Below are positions 17,421 through 26,239 of a DNA stretch of 46,066 bases, one piece after another. Position 1 is the stretch's first letter. Each line of letters begins with the position of its first letter. The stretch spans positions 1 through 46,066 of the IMG/VR virus record IMGVR_UViG_3300007959_000032, one strand, 5' to 3'. This stretch comes from a virus (Duplodnaviria > Caudoviricetes). Both the position numbers and the translations under genes were made by a program. A model generated the notes under the pieces. It was not told the origin of the DNA. It searched no databases and worked only from the letters and a program-made list of their open reading frames with translations.

Positions 17421-18326
17421 GTGGCAACCATCACGCACTCAGGTATCGGTTCTGACGGCTACTCCGATCACTTTACACAGGGCGTCCTCGACCGCATCGA
17501 GGCCCAGGCGTACAAGATGATCTACGACGAAGGGCTGCTCCCCAAGCTCTTCAAGACGGTCGGACAGGGTGAGAAGGGTTCGGCCGTCATCTGGCCGTAC
17601 TTCAACCCGTCCACCTTCGCCGCCGCCGCTTCGACCCTGACCGAGGCCAACGACTTCGTGAACTACACGCAGCTCGTGAACGCCTCCGTCATCATCGTGG
17701 CGTCGGAGTTCGGCGTCACCTCGTTCCTGACCGATGTCACCCGTGAGTCGGCCAAGATGGACATCGAGGGCGAGCTGGCACGCCAGCAGGCTCTCTCTGT
17801 TGCCGTGAAGCTGGAGAAGCACTGCCTCGCAGCCCTCTCCTCGACCTTCACGACCGGCACCATCACGGGCACCGGTTCGACCACGGGCTTCACGTTCGCG
17901 AAGTTCGCCGCCGCCAAGTCCAAGCTCGACGCCGCCGCCCTGACCGTTCCGGGTCGCAAGCGCGCCGTCGTCCCGACGTACGGCTGGTACTACACCGCTC
18001 AGGGCACCTACTCGCAGACCTACGCTTCCGTCATGGGCAGCAAGGGCGCCGAGGTCCAGAGCAAGTTCTACATCGACACGCTGTTCGGCGACATCGACGT
18101 GTACCACGAGGGTCTCGCCTACATCACTGCCTCGTCCACCGCTGCGGGCTACATGTTCGTCAGCGATGCGATGGCGCTGTGGACGCCTCGTAGCTACCGC
18201 ATCGAGCCGCAGCGCGACGCCTCCGCCCGTGGCGACGAGTTCACCTCGACGCTCCGCGCGGGTGCCAAGGGTCTCGTCTCGACCTACGGCGTGCGCCTCA
18301 AGATGACGGCCTCCGCTCCGAGCTAG
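17421..18326 (+). CDS. Major capsid protein
   Basis: Follows the scaffold; very strong codon bias; RIEPQRDASARG.E motif typical of HK97-fold podovirus capsids; followed by a terminator. Confidence 0.8.
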   Translation: MATITHSGIGSDGYSDHFTQGVLDRIEAQAYKMIYDEGLLPKLFKTVGQGEKGSAVIWPYFNPSTFAAAASTLTEANDFVNYTQLVNASVIIVASEFGVTSFLTDVTRESAKMDIEGELARQQALSVAVKLEKHCLAALSSTFTTGTITGTGSTTGFTFAKFAAAKSKLDAAALTVPGRKRAVVPTYGWYYTAQGTYSQTYASVMGSKGAEVQSKFYIDTLFGDIDVYHEGLAYITASSTAAGYMFVSDAMALWTPRSYRIEPQRDASARGDEFTSTLRAGAKGLVSTYGVRLKMTASAPS

Positions 18327-18345
18327 GCCATCACCGCACGAAATG

Positions 18346-18385
18346 GGGGGGCGGACTGGAAACGGTCCGTCCCCTCTGCTATACC
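18346..18385 (+). terminator. Hairpin after the capsid gene, overlapping a possible extended -10 (TGcTATACC) for the glycan cassette
   Basis: GGGGGCGGACTG-GAAA-CGGTCCGTCCCC stem; TGnTATACC also occurs at 36190. Confidence 0.55.
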
Positions 18386-18408
18386 TATGGTGTCGAGAGG
18401 GGAAGAAG

Positions 18409-19392
18409 TTGAGGAAAGCCATCGCCGTGTCAGGGTCATACCCCTGCGTGAGAGCCGGGAAGATCACCGAAGCGATGGAGGGCTGGGAGCATTCCTGTGT
18501 CTCGCGCGGCGTCCCACCACAGTTCGCCTACGCATATTCGTCTGTGAGGGCACTGAGAGGCGCTACAAGGCGCGAACTCGTCAATGAGGTGCTGCGTACC
18601 AAAGGCGAACTCATCCACGTCCACAACGAACCGAACTGGCCTGTGACGGCCATCCGCGAGCGCGACCCCCGTCCAATCATCATGGACGTCCACGACATCG
18701 CCTCCGCGCGCCCCTTCCACGCGGAGGACGCCAACCGCCTAGAGGAAGCCGAGGCCTACGAAGCGGCCGACGCCTTCGTGTTCGTCTCCAAGGAGCAGAG
18801 GGACTACGCCATCGAGTGCGGGTTCGCCGTCAAGGGCAAGCCGTTCTGCATCCTCGCGAACTGGGCTTCGGCCTCTACCATCGTCAGACGTCCCCTCATG
18901 CCCCACATCGGCGGCATGGTCTATGCAGGCGGCCTCGACCCGAGAGGGATGAGTGGAGCATGGCGAGACCTGTCCCCCGTCGCAGATGCCGTTGGTTCGG
19001 CGTGGCATGTATACCCTGGAGGTCCTGGTATCGAATACGGCACCGTGCATAGGATGGTGCTGGACTACGAACTCCTGACCCAACATCTCGCCCGCCATGA
19101 CATCGGATTCACGGGCACCACGTTCCCGATTCCTGCATGGAGCCATTCGGTGCCGAATAAGCTGTTCGAGGTGCTGGTAGCCGGAATCCCCTTCGTCGCG
19201 CTCAACAACCCGCTCTGTGAGCCGTATGCCGAGCGTGGATTCGGAATCATGGCCGAGTCTCTGCGCGACGTGAAACGCACACTCACTCTCGACCTCAAGC
19301 CGTACCGCAAGCGCATCAAGGCCAACAACTACACCCTGACCATGCGGTACAACATTAGCCCCCTCATGGAGTTGTACAATGAACTCGTATAG
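18409..19392 (+). CDS. Glycosyltransferase, GT-B fold (GT4-like)
   Basis: IHVHNEP, MDVHD, ADAFVFVS, VYAGGL and PNKLFEVLVAGIP motifs; TTG start after GAGGGG. Confidence 0.8.
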   Translation: MRKAIAVSGSYPCVRAGKITEAMEGWEHSCVSRGVPPQFAYAYSSVRALRGATRRELVNEVLRTKGELIHVHNEPNWPVTAIRERDPRPIIMDVHDIASARPFHAEDANRLEEAEAYEAADAFVFVSKEQRDYAIECGFAVKGKPFCILANWASASTIVRRPLMPHIGGMVYAGGLDPRGMSGAWRDLSPVADAVGSAWHVYPGGPGIEYGTVHRMVLDYELLTQHLARHDIGFTGTTFPIPAWSHSVPNKLFEVLVAGIPFVALNNPLCEPYAERGFGIMAESLRDVKRTLTLDLKPYRKRIKANNYTLTMRYNISPLMELYNELV

Positions 19393-19424
19393 AGTGGCCC
19401 CGCGCAGTGACGAGCTGCCGAGGC

Positions 19425-19454
19425 CGTGGCCACAACCGAACGGACGGTGTGACA
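19425..19454 (+). repeat. 30-bp leader shared by two HNH genes (copy 1)
   Basis: CGTGGCCACAACCGAACGGACGGTGTGACA, identical to 43164-43193. Confidence 0.9.
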
Positions 19455-19456
19455 CC

Positions 19457-19945
19457 ATGAAGTCTACCATCTCCCCGAGATATGAAACCCGCTTCTGGAG
19501 TCGAGTTGATCGGCGCGACTCCGAAGAAGAGTGTTGGGAGTGGACGGCCGGCCGCTTCTCGACAGGATACGGACAGTTCTGGGCAGACGGTGGGAGTGTC
19601 TACGCTCATCGTATCTCGTGGGTTCTGACTCACGGCCCAATTCCGAACGGCCTCCATGTGCTTCACCACTGCGATAACCGCGCGTGTTGCAACCCCCATC
19701 ATCTCTTCCTTGGGACTCACTCGGACAACATGGCCGACATGGTGTCGAAAGGAAGAAACGTCAAGGGAGAGAGAAGCCCCAATACCAAGTTCTCCGCTGA
19801 GACTATCTTGGACATCCGCAGACGGTACGCTCAAGGAGAGACTCAGGTTGCTCTCGCGCGCGAATACGGAGTGCGACAAGGAACTGTGAGCCGTATTGTC
19901 AGGCGTACTGTCTGGGCGCACGTCTGCGATCCGAGCCTGACATGA
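19457..19945 (+). CDS. Free-standing HNH homing endonuclease with C-terminal HTH
   Basis: RFWSRV, CWEW, GYG, AHRISW, VLHHCDNRACCNPHHL, LAREYGV. Confidence 0.9.
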   Translation: MKSTISPRYETRFWSRVDRRDSEEECWEWTAGRFSTGYGQFWADGGSVYAHRISWVLTHGPIPNGLHVLHHCDNRACCNPHHLFLGTHSDNMADMVSKGRNVKGERSPNTKFSAETILDIRRRYAQGETQVALAREYGVRQGTVSRIVRRTVWAHVCDPSLT

Positions 19946-20124
19946 GCGCCCCCATCATCGAGGTTCGGCGGAAGCTGGCGCAGATAGCCAACAACGACTA
20001 TCGCGGTCTGCCGTGGCTCGACCTCAAGCTCCCCGCGTACATGGAGGACAGGGGCATCATCACGGCCGTCTTCAGGCGCAAGAACCGCAAGTGCCCGTGG
20101 AAGTTCATCGGATGGGATGAGTGA
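19942..20124 (+). CDS. Hypothetical protein
   Basis: ATGA/GTGA overlaps; 60 aa. Confidence 0.5.
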   Translation: MSAPIIEVRRKLAQIANNDYRGLPWLDLKLPAYMEDRGIITAVFRRKNRKCPWKFIGWDE

Positions 20125-20891
20125 GTCCAACGTATTTGAACATCGACTTCCACCGCCTGTGCAACTCCCGCTGTGAGACGTGCCGCATCTGGGCGATCGA
20201 AGACCCCGTCTCCCTTGAGCTTCCCTACATCGAGAAGTTCATCCGTCAGGCGCCCGACGTCAAGGAGGTCTACGTCACGGGGGGAGAGCCCTACATCCAT
20301 CCCGACGTGTTGGCCATCGCCGCCATCGTCAAAGACGCATGGCCTGACGCTGTGTGGCACGGCAACACGAACTGCATCTCCGAGTCCACCGAACGCTGCC
20401 TCGCCGCGATTCAGGACATGGGGCTGGCTCTCGACGCGACACTGTCCCTCGAAGGCGACGAGGAGCAGCACGACCGGAAGCGCGGGACGGCCGGCAACTA
20501 CAAGCGCGTCATGGAAGTGGCGGCATTCCTTGAGAGCAGGGGCATCCGCTACTACTACCAGTCGACGTGTGACGAGGGGACTGAGGAGGCCAAGCGGCTC
20601 GGGAAGTTCTGCCACCAAGTCCCTCTCCGCTACGGTGCGCGCTTCGGAGGGACTGAGGGCGAGCCGACGAACAAGACCATCTACGACTGCATCGGCGGCA
20701 CCCACTACCTCACTCTCAAGCCCGATGGTACGGTGTGGCCGTGCGACATGACCGAGGAGCATCCCGAACTGTGCCTCGGCAACATCAAGACACAAGACCT
20801 CTCGGAGATGCGCTTCTCGGAGGTACGGGCAATCGTCAAGAGCGGCGCGTGTACGCCGTGCGGAATGGGGTGCTGGCATCCATGCGACTGA
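20121..20891 (+). CDS. Radical SAM enzyme with SPASM/Twitch domain
   Basis: CNSRCETC (CxxxCxxC), TGGEP, SLEG, C.GG...PDGTVWPC, LGNI, CTPCGMGC. Confidence 0.9.
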   Translation: MSPTYLNIDFHRLCNSRCETCRIWAIEDPVSLELPYIEKFIRQAPDVKEVYVTGGEPYIHPDVLAIAAIVKDAWPDAVWHGNTNCISESTERCLAAIQDMGLALDATLSLEGDEEQHDRKRGTAGNYKRVMEVAAFLESRGIRYYYQSTCDEGTEEAKRLGKFCHQVPLRYGARFGGTEGEPTNKTIYDCIGGTHYLTLKPDGTVWPCDMTEEHPELCLGNIKTQDLSEMRFSEVRAIVKSGACTPCGMGCWHPCD

Positions 20892-21394
20892 ACCTCGGCT
20901 GTGGTCCCCGTCCCTTGGAGGGCTTCGTCAACATAGACGCCGATCCGAACTACGGGGACTGCGTTGCCGACATCACCCACCTTCCGTATGAGGACGGGAG
21001 CATCGAGGAGATATTCGCCTCCCACATCCTCGAACACTTCGACTGGACCGAGGTCGACGCGGTCTTGGATGAGTGGATTCGTGTTCTCAAGCCCGAGGGC
21101 TGCATCACCATCGTCGTGCCTGACTGCGTCCAGTCGGCGCACATGGTCGCCGAGGGGCGGATGACGCCTCTTGAGTACGGCGGCCTGACGCACGGCCACG
21201 GCAACGGGACGAGGGAGAGGCTCTCGGCCTACTGGAAGGGTGAGGACACCAACGGCAGTCATCTCTCCTGCTGGTCGGCGCGTCTCCTCCTCAAATACCT
21301 CCTCGCGCACGGGCTGACCGTCGAGCGCATCCACATCTCGCCGCACCGTGAGTACGTCGAGTCGGACGCGATGGTGAAGGGATGGAAATGCTAG
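20882..21394 (+). CDS. Class I SAM-dependent methyltransferase
   Basis: MRLNLGCG, SHILEH, RVLKPEG...VPD. Confidence 0.88.
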   Translation: MRLNLGCGPRPLEGFVNIDADPNYGDCVADITHLPYEDGSIEEIFASHILEHFDWTEVDAVLDEWIRVLKPEGCITIVVPDCVQSAHMVAEGRMTPLEYGGLTHGHGNGTRERLSAYWKGEDTNGSHLSCWSARLLLKYLLAHGLTVERIHISPHREYVESDAMVKGWKC

Positions 21395-22026
21395 AGAACA
21401 TCAGGCACCTGTCCTTGGAGATAGGCCCGACGTGCAACCTCTCGGGCATCCACGACTGGTGCCCCTCGCACAGACGCAAGCCCCTCGGCGCGCTCATGCC
21501 GGTGGAGGTCATCGCCGACTCCATCATCGTCGCCTTGAACCTCGGCTTCCAAGGCTTCGTCGGCTTCCACTACTACAACGAGCCGACCTTGTCTCCCGAG
21601 CGCATCAAGGCCGTCATGGAACTCGCTCCCGAGGCTCGGTACATGCTGTGGACGAACGGCACCCAGCCTGTGCCTCCCGGTTTCGCGTGGGTCGAGAAGA
21701 GCGCCTACGGTCTCGACTTCCAAGGCGAGCACGACGACAGGACACACAACTACGAGACGCGCCTTCGGGACAAGACCGAGTGCTGGCGCCCCTTCATCGA
21801 GATACCCGTGGACTACGCTGGCAACATGCACATGTGTTGCCAGGACTGGGACGGGACTATCAAGATAGGCAACATCGTCGAAGAGGGCTTCGAGCCTGTG
21901 GTCAGACGGTGGAAGGAACTCGCCGACTCCATCACGCGGGGAAGCGAGTTCGAGGTCTGCAACGGCTGTTGCGGCTGGAGTTCGCAGGGAAGCTGGCAGT
22001 CCGCGCTCAGGGATGTGGGGATGTAG
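21382..22026 (+). CDS. Radical SAM/SPASM-like protein with non-canonical C-x5-H-x2-C motif
   Basis: LEIGPTCNLSGIHDWCP, FHYYNEP, TNG, CWRPF...GNMHMCCQDW...IGNI...CNGC. Confidence 0.75.
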   Translation: MEMLENIRHLSLEIGPTCNLSGIHDWCPSHRRKPLGALMPVEVIADSIIVALNLGFQGFVGFHYYNEPTLSPERIKAVMELAPEARYMLWTNGTQPVPPGFAWVEKSAYGLDFQGEHDDRTHNYETRLRDKTECWRPFIEIPVDYAGNMHMCCQDWDGTIKIGNIVEEGFEPVVRRWKELADSITRGSEFEVCNGCCGWSSQGSWQSALRDVGM

Positions 22027-22734
22027 ATGATCGCCGTCATCAAGACGTTCCGCAGGGAGGACTCGTGCCGCCGCTGTGTGGATTCCGTCCACGGGGAACT
22101 CGACATCCCCGTGGTGGTGGTGGACGACTCCTGCGACGGTGAGGACTTCGGCAGCGACTACCTCATCCGCACCCCGTTTGATGTGGGGCTGTCCGCCGGC
22201 CGCAACTTCGGCGTGAAGTTCGCCTCCCGTCTGGACGACACCATCCTCCTGCTTGATGACGACCATGTCATCGCGCCCGAGAACGGTATCCACGACGCGG
22301 CCTGGATGCTGCACAAGTACGACCTCGTCACTGGGGTTCCCTACATGCACGGAAGGCACAACCCTCCCTACTACTGGGAGTGGCTGTTCGACTTCCCCGC
22401 ACCGAGGGAGATGGTGGTCAGACCCCAGCACGAAAGGGGCATCGTCCACGCCGCCAACAACTTCTTCCTCGCTCGCGCGTCGGTCTTCGACGAGGTGTTG
22501 TGGGACGAGGACTTCAAGATTTCCGCCGAGCACCTCGACTTCTACATGCAACTCTACTTCGCCAACAAGACCGTCTTCTACGAGACGAACATGACCGTCG
22601 ACCACCTCCAAGACACGTCCTCGGCGCGGTACTCCGACTTCAGGCTCGGAAGGCTGGATCAGTACGACAAGGCGTTCATGGAGAAGTGGGACTTCGTCTC
22701 GCTCACAGCGACAGACCACACGAGGATGCCGTGA
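22027..22734 (+). CDS. Glycosyltransferase, GT-A fold (resembles B4GALNT-type GT2/GT12)
   Basis: IKTFRR, VVVDDS, GLSAGRN, LLDDD, NNFFLA, EHLDFY. Confidence 0.82.
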   Translation: MIAVIKTFRREDSCRRCVDSVHGELDIPVVVVDDSCDGEDFGSDYLIRTPFDVGLSAGRNFGVKFASRLDDTILLLDDDHVIAPENGIHDAAWMLHKYDLVTGVPYMHGRHNPPYYWEWLFDFPAPREMVVRPQHERGIVHAANNFFLARASVFDEVLWDEDFKISAEHLDFYMQLYFANKTVFYETNMTVDHLQDTSSARYSDFRLGRLDQYDKAFMEKWDFVSLTATDHTRMP

Positions 22735-23069
22735 ATAAACTCAAGCGTCGAGAACGTGTCATCCGAGCCAGATTGACCGAACGCTCTGCGCCCTATCGAG
22801 GAGTCGTCGGGTTCACTCAGGTCTATGACCGCATTCCATGTGTAGCGTGGAACTACGGAAAGGCGGGGTTGAAGAAGCCCGTGTTCTCCTGCTACGCCCT
22901 TTGGACAGAAGAGGCCTACGTGGAACACATCGAGATGACCAGAGAGTACGTCGTTTCGATGTTCGCCCAGCGGTTTCGCCACATCAGCTATGGCGACCTT
23001 GTGGAGATGAGACTACCTCGCGGGTTGGATGAGACCACGAATAGTATGCCGATACGGAATACAACATGA
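22731..23069 (+). CDS. Hypothetical protein
   Basis: GTGA/ATGA overlaps; codon usage looks atypical for the cassette. Confidence 0.5.
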   Translation: MNKLKRRERVIRARLTERSAPYRGVVGFTQVYDRIPCVAWNYGKAGLKKPVFSCYALWTEEAYVEHIEMTREYVVSMFAQRFRHISYGDLVEMRLPRGLDETTNSMPIRNTT

Positions 23070-23578
23070 ACGCGGCCGTGGCGGTACGCAACCTCGCGGA
23101 AATCGCCCACGTCCTCACCTCGCTCAAGGTGACGTGGGTGCTTGCGGCGGGGACGCTCCTCGGCGTCGTCAGGGAAGGCCATCTCCTCGACCACGACCAT
23201 GACACCGACATCGCCGTCATCGCCCCGGCCGACCACCACGCCATCAAGCACGCCCTCTGCAAGCTCGGGTTCGCGATGACGCAGACCTTCGGCGTACCCG
23301 AACACGGGTTCGAGATGCGCTTCGAGCGCGACGGCGTGTGGACGGACGTCTTCTGGGACTACCTCGACGGAGACGTGTTGTGGCACGCCTGCTGGGACGA
23401 GGGTAAGATGATGCGCTACGAGGTCACGCGGTTCAACCCCGTTCCCTGTGACGCGCTCGGGTTCCCCGCGTTCATCCCTCACGACTCCGAACGCTATCTC
23501 GCCGAGACGTATGGCGACTGGCGGCAGGTCGTCAAGGAGTGGGACTACCGCACCGACCCGAAGTGCAGGGTCTCGTGA
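23066..23578 (+). CDS. LicD/fukutin-family nucleotidyltransferase-fold phospho-substituent transferase
   Basis: LAAGTLLGVVREG.L..HD.DTDIA, D.F, P...ERYL...YGDWR. Confidence 0.88.
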   Translation: MNAAVAVRNLAEIAHVLTSLKVTWVLAAGTLLGVVREGHLLDHDHDTDIAVIAPADHHAIKHALCKLGFAMTQTFGVPEHGFEMRFERDGVWTDVFWDYLDGDVLWHACWDEGKMMRYEVTRFNPVPCDALGFPAFIPHDSERYLAETYGDWRQVVKEWDYRTDPKCRVS

Positions 23579-24291
23579 ACGTCACCGTCGGCATCAGCAA
23601 CTACAATCGTGAGCGGTATCTCCGCAGAGCAGTCACGTCAGCCCTCGAAGCCGGGGCAGAGGTCATCGTGGTGGATGATGGGTCGACTGACTCAAGTCTG
23701 GAGACCATCGCCGACCTTCCCGTGACGCTCGTGAGGAACGGCGAGAACCTCGGGCAGATCGCCACCATCAACCGCCAGATGGAACTCTTGGAGTCGGGCT
23801 GGTTCATGCCTCTCGACTCGGATGACTTCCTCATGCCGCACACCTTCATCGCGTATGAGGAGTGGGCCGAGACCCATCCTGCGGACTGGTACATCTCCGA
23901 CCTCTTCTGCGTCAACCCCGACGAGGCGGTCATCGAGTATTGGGACTACTCGGGATGGCCGACGGAGTACAAGGAGTGCCTCGAATGGACGGAGCGGAGA
24001 CTCACGAGTCCCCTCCAAGTCAAGTCGCTCATCTCAGTCGACTTCATCAGGAAGCATGATGAGAGGTGGCACCGATTCCCGCACACCGATTTCGGGAGCG
24101 ACTGCCTCACGTCCCTTGAGTGGGCGAGCCACAATCCCGTCATCTCGCGTGTGCCGTTGCCGCTCTACTGCTATCGTCTGCATGACTCGCAGTGGGCGAT
24201 GAAGCCGTCAGACACGGGCTTCGAGTCGAAGATGTCCATACGCGACGAGTTCCACTCCGACCTCGCTGAGTACCTGAAGGGGAAGCTATGA
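23575..24291 (+). CDS. Glycosyltransferase family 2
   Basis: NYNRERYL..AV.SAL, VVDDGSTD, N.G, LDSDD, LYCYRLH. Confidence 0.9.
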   Translation: MNVTVGISNYNRERYLRRAVTSALEAGAEVIVVDDGSTDSSLETIADLPVTLVRNGENLGQIATINRQMELLESGWFMPLDSDDFLMPHTFIAYEEWAETHPADWYISDLFCVNPDEAVIEYWDYSGWPTEYKECLEWTERRLTSPLQVKSLISVDFIRKHDERWHRFPHTDFGSDCLTSLEWASHNPVISRVPLPLYCYRLHDSQWAMKPSDTGFESKMSIRDEFHSDLAEYLKGKL

Positions 24292-25070
24292 TCGGCTACA
24301 TCTTCTCGCTGTCCGCGCTCTCGACGTTCGGCCACAGAGCCTCGAAGCTGACGGGCTGGCCCTACGTCAAGGAGGCGTTCACCGGAACGTGTGACGTCGT
24401 CTTCATCGTGGGGATGTACGACCCGCCGCTCTATCAGACCACCCTGGAGATGACGAAGCACGCCAAGAGGCGGCACATCCACTGGTGCGGGTCGGACGTG
24501 GAAGCTCTCGTCGGGTTCGGATGTGCTGACAATCTCCCCGAAGCGACACACTCCTGCGAGTCGGAAGGCCTCCAAAGAGAACTCCTCTCGGCCGGAGTCC
24601 ATGCGGAGGTCATGCCGATGGCGACGTCGGTACACGCTCCCGTCACGCCGTTCCCCGAGAAGCCGAGACTGGCGGCCTACTACGGGACGAACCCGAACAA
24701 GTACGGCGCCGACTGGGTGCGCTTCATCTCCGACGCCTTCCCCGACTTGGAGATAGAGACGTTCGTCCTGGGGCAGCATCCCGACGTGACTCCCGTCATC
24801 GAGCGCACGAACGGCCTCATCCGCATCATGGACCACGACGGGAGTGCCAACACCGCGCGCGAGTGGATGGAGGCGGGGAGAGCTGCCATTACCACCACAG
24901 ACCTGCCCTATGCAGACATCGTCTCCAAGCGAGACCCGTCGGGTGTTCTCGCGGCCGTGAGGGACGTCATCTCGCGCAAGGAACCCAACAAACTCGCGGC
25001 AGAATGGTACGCGAAGTACAATAGCACCGAGACGTGGAAGGAAACGTTCGACAGACTGATGGAGGAGTAG
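24288..25070 (+). CDS. Putative GT-B glycosyltransferase
   Basis: HWCGSDV, KYG, IR...HDG.ANT.REW...GR..IT pattern; cassette context. Confidence 0.6.
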   Translation: MIGYIFSLSALSTFGHRASKLTGWPYVKEAFTGTCDVVFIVGMYDPPLYQTTLEMTKHAKRRHIHWCGSDVEALVGFGCADNLPEATHSCESEGLQRELLSAGVHAEVMPMATSVHAPVTPFPEKPRLAAYYGTNPNKYGADWVRFISDAFPDLEIETFVLGQHPDVTPVIERTNGLIRIMDHDGSANTAREWMEAGRAAITTTDLPYADIVSKRDPSGVLAAVRDVISRKEPNKLAAEWYAKYNSTETWKETFDRLMEE

Positions 25071-25071
25071 C

Positions 25072-25671
25072 GTGGCCGATCCGCAAACTACCCTCTCGAT
25101 GCCGACTGCGGCGTTCCTCACCACCTGCGATTTCGTCGGGGGTCGCGTGCTGGACGCCGGCTGCGGCTCCAAGCCCTACAAGCGACTCTTCCCCGGCTGC
25201 GACTGGGTCGGGCTGGACGTTCGACCTGTAGGTGACGTCGAGGGTGACATCCACGAACTCCCGTTCCCCGACGAGGAGTTCGATTGCGTCATCTGCACGG
25301 AGGTCCTGCATCTGTGTGCATGGCCGCAGGTGGCGATGAAGCAGATGGCTCGGGTCTTGAAGCCCGGAGGCTACATCATCGTCACGGTTCCCAACACCTC
25401 CGAAGAGGACGAGGCCACGCTCTTCAACATCAAGCTCAGAGGGCTCACGGTGTTGCTGGAGATGGGCGGGTTCTCGGGCGTGCAGATCGGCACCGAGGGC
25501 AGACTCTTCAAGCAGGAGTGGCAGGACTTCTCCCGCTACACCAAGTACGGAGTCTCACAGCCGCCCGACATCGAGGGATGGCTCAAGCAGATGGACACCC
25601 GCTATCCCTCGGTGACGATAGCAGTCGCCCGGAAGGAGAGTCATGTCGACGTGGACGACGCTCAAGGGTGA
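25072..25671 (+). CDS. Class I SAM-dependent methyltransferase (Methyltransf_11-like)
   Basis: VLDAGCGSKPY, LPFPDEEFD, EVLH, RVLKPGG...TVP. Confidence 0.88.
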   Translation: MADPQTTLSMPTAAFLTTCDFVGGRVLDAGCGSKPYKRLFPGCDWVGLDVRPVGDVEGDIHELPFPDEEFDCVICTEVLHLCAWPQVAMKQMARVLKPGGYIIVTVPNTSEEDEATLFNIKLRGLTVLLEMGGFSGVQIGTEGRLFKQEWQDFSRYTKYGVSQPPDIEGWLKQMDTRYPSVTIAVARKESHVDVDDAQG

Positions 25672-26239
25672 GATTCGGGCTGAGATAGAGGAGGCGGCAG
25701 CCTCCGTCTTCACCGACGCCCAGCTCCTCTCGTGGTTCAACCAAGGACAGCAGGATTGGTGCCGTCGCACCAACATCCTCTCGGCCGAGGAGTACCGCTC
25801 CACCGTCGCGAACCAGGAGACCTACACGCTGCCCGACTACACGACCGACATCACCTCGGTCTGGTACAAGGAGTATGCGCTCTCACGGGTCAAGTATGCA
25901 GACATCGCTACCCTGACGGATACGGGGACGCCCTATGCCTACGCGATGCACGACGACGCGCTGCACATCTTCCCCATCCCCGACGTCGCGGCCACTCTCA
26001 CCCTCCTTCGCACCTACGACCCCGACCCCATCGTTTCCGGTTCCGACACGACCCTGTTCGATACCGCTGACGAGGGCGCCATCAAAGCCTTCGTGAAGGC
26101 GAACTGCAACGAGCAGATCGGCGACTTCACCGCAGCCACCTACTTCCGCACCTACTACGAGAACATGCTTCGGGAGCGCATCTGGAGCAAGACGACCATC
26201 GAGGACATCGGCTGCAACGAGGCTGGGGCGGTCTGGTGA
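25643..26239 (+). CDS. Head-tail adaptor / tail tubular protein A-like
   Basis: Helical N-terminus (L..WFN.GQ.D), YTLP.Y, GTP..Y, IFPIPD; precedes the nozzle-like gene. Confidence 0.7.
   Translation: MSTWTTLKGEIRAEIEEAAASVFTDAQLLSWFNQGQQDWCRRTNILSAEEYRSTVANQETYTLPDYTTDITSVWYKEYALSRVKYADIATLTDTGTPYAYAMHDDALHIFPIPDVAATLTLLRTYDPDPIVSGSDTTLFDTADEGAIKAFVKANCNEQIGDFTAATYFRTYYENMLRERIWSKTTIEDIGCNEAGAVW

Noticed and set aside
19393-19945. HNH genes as group I intron cargo
   Set aside because: Flanking genes look complete, there is too little non-coding sequence for an intron core, and no P7-type motifs were seen.
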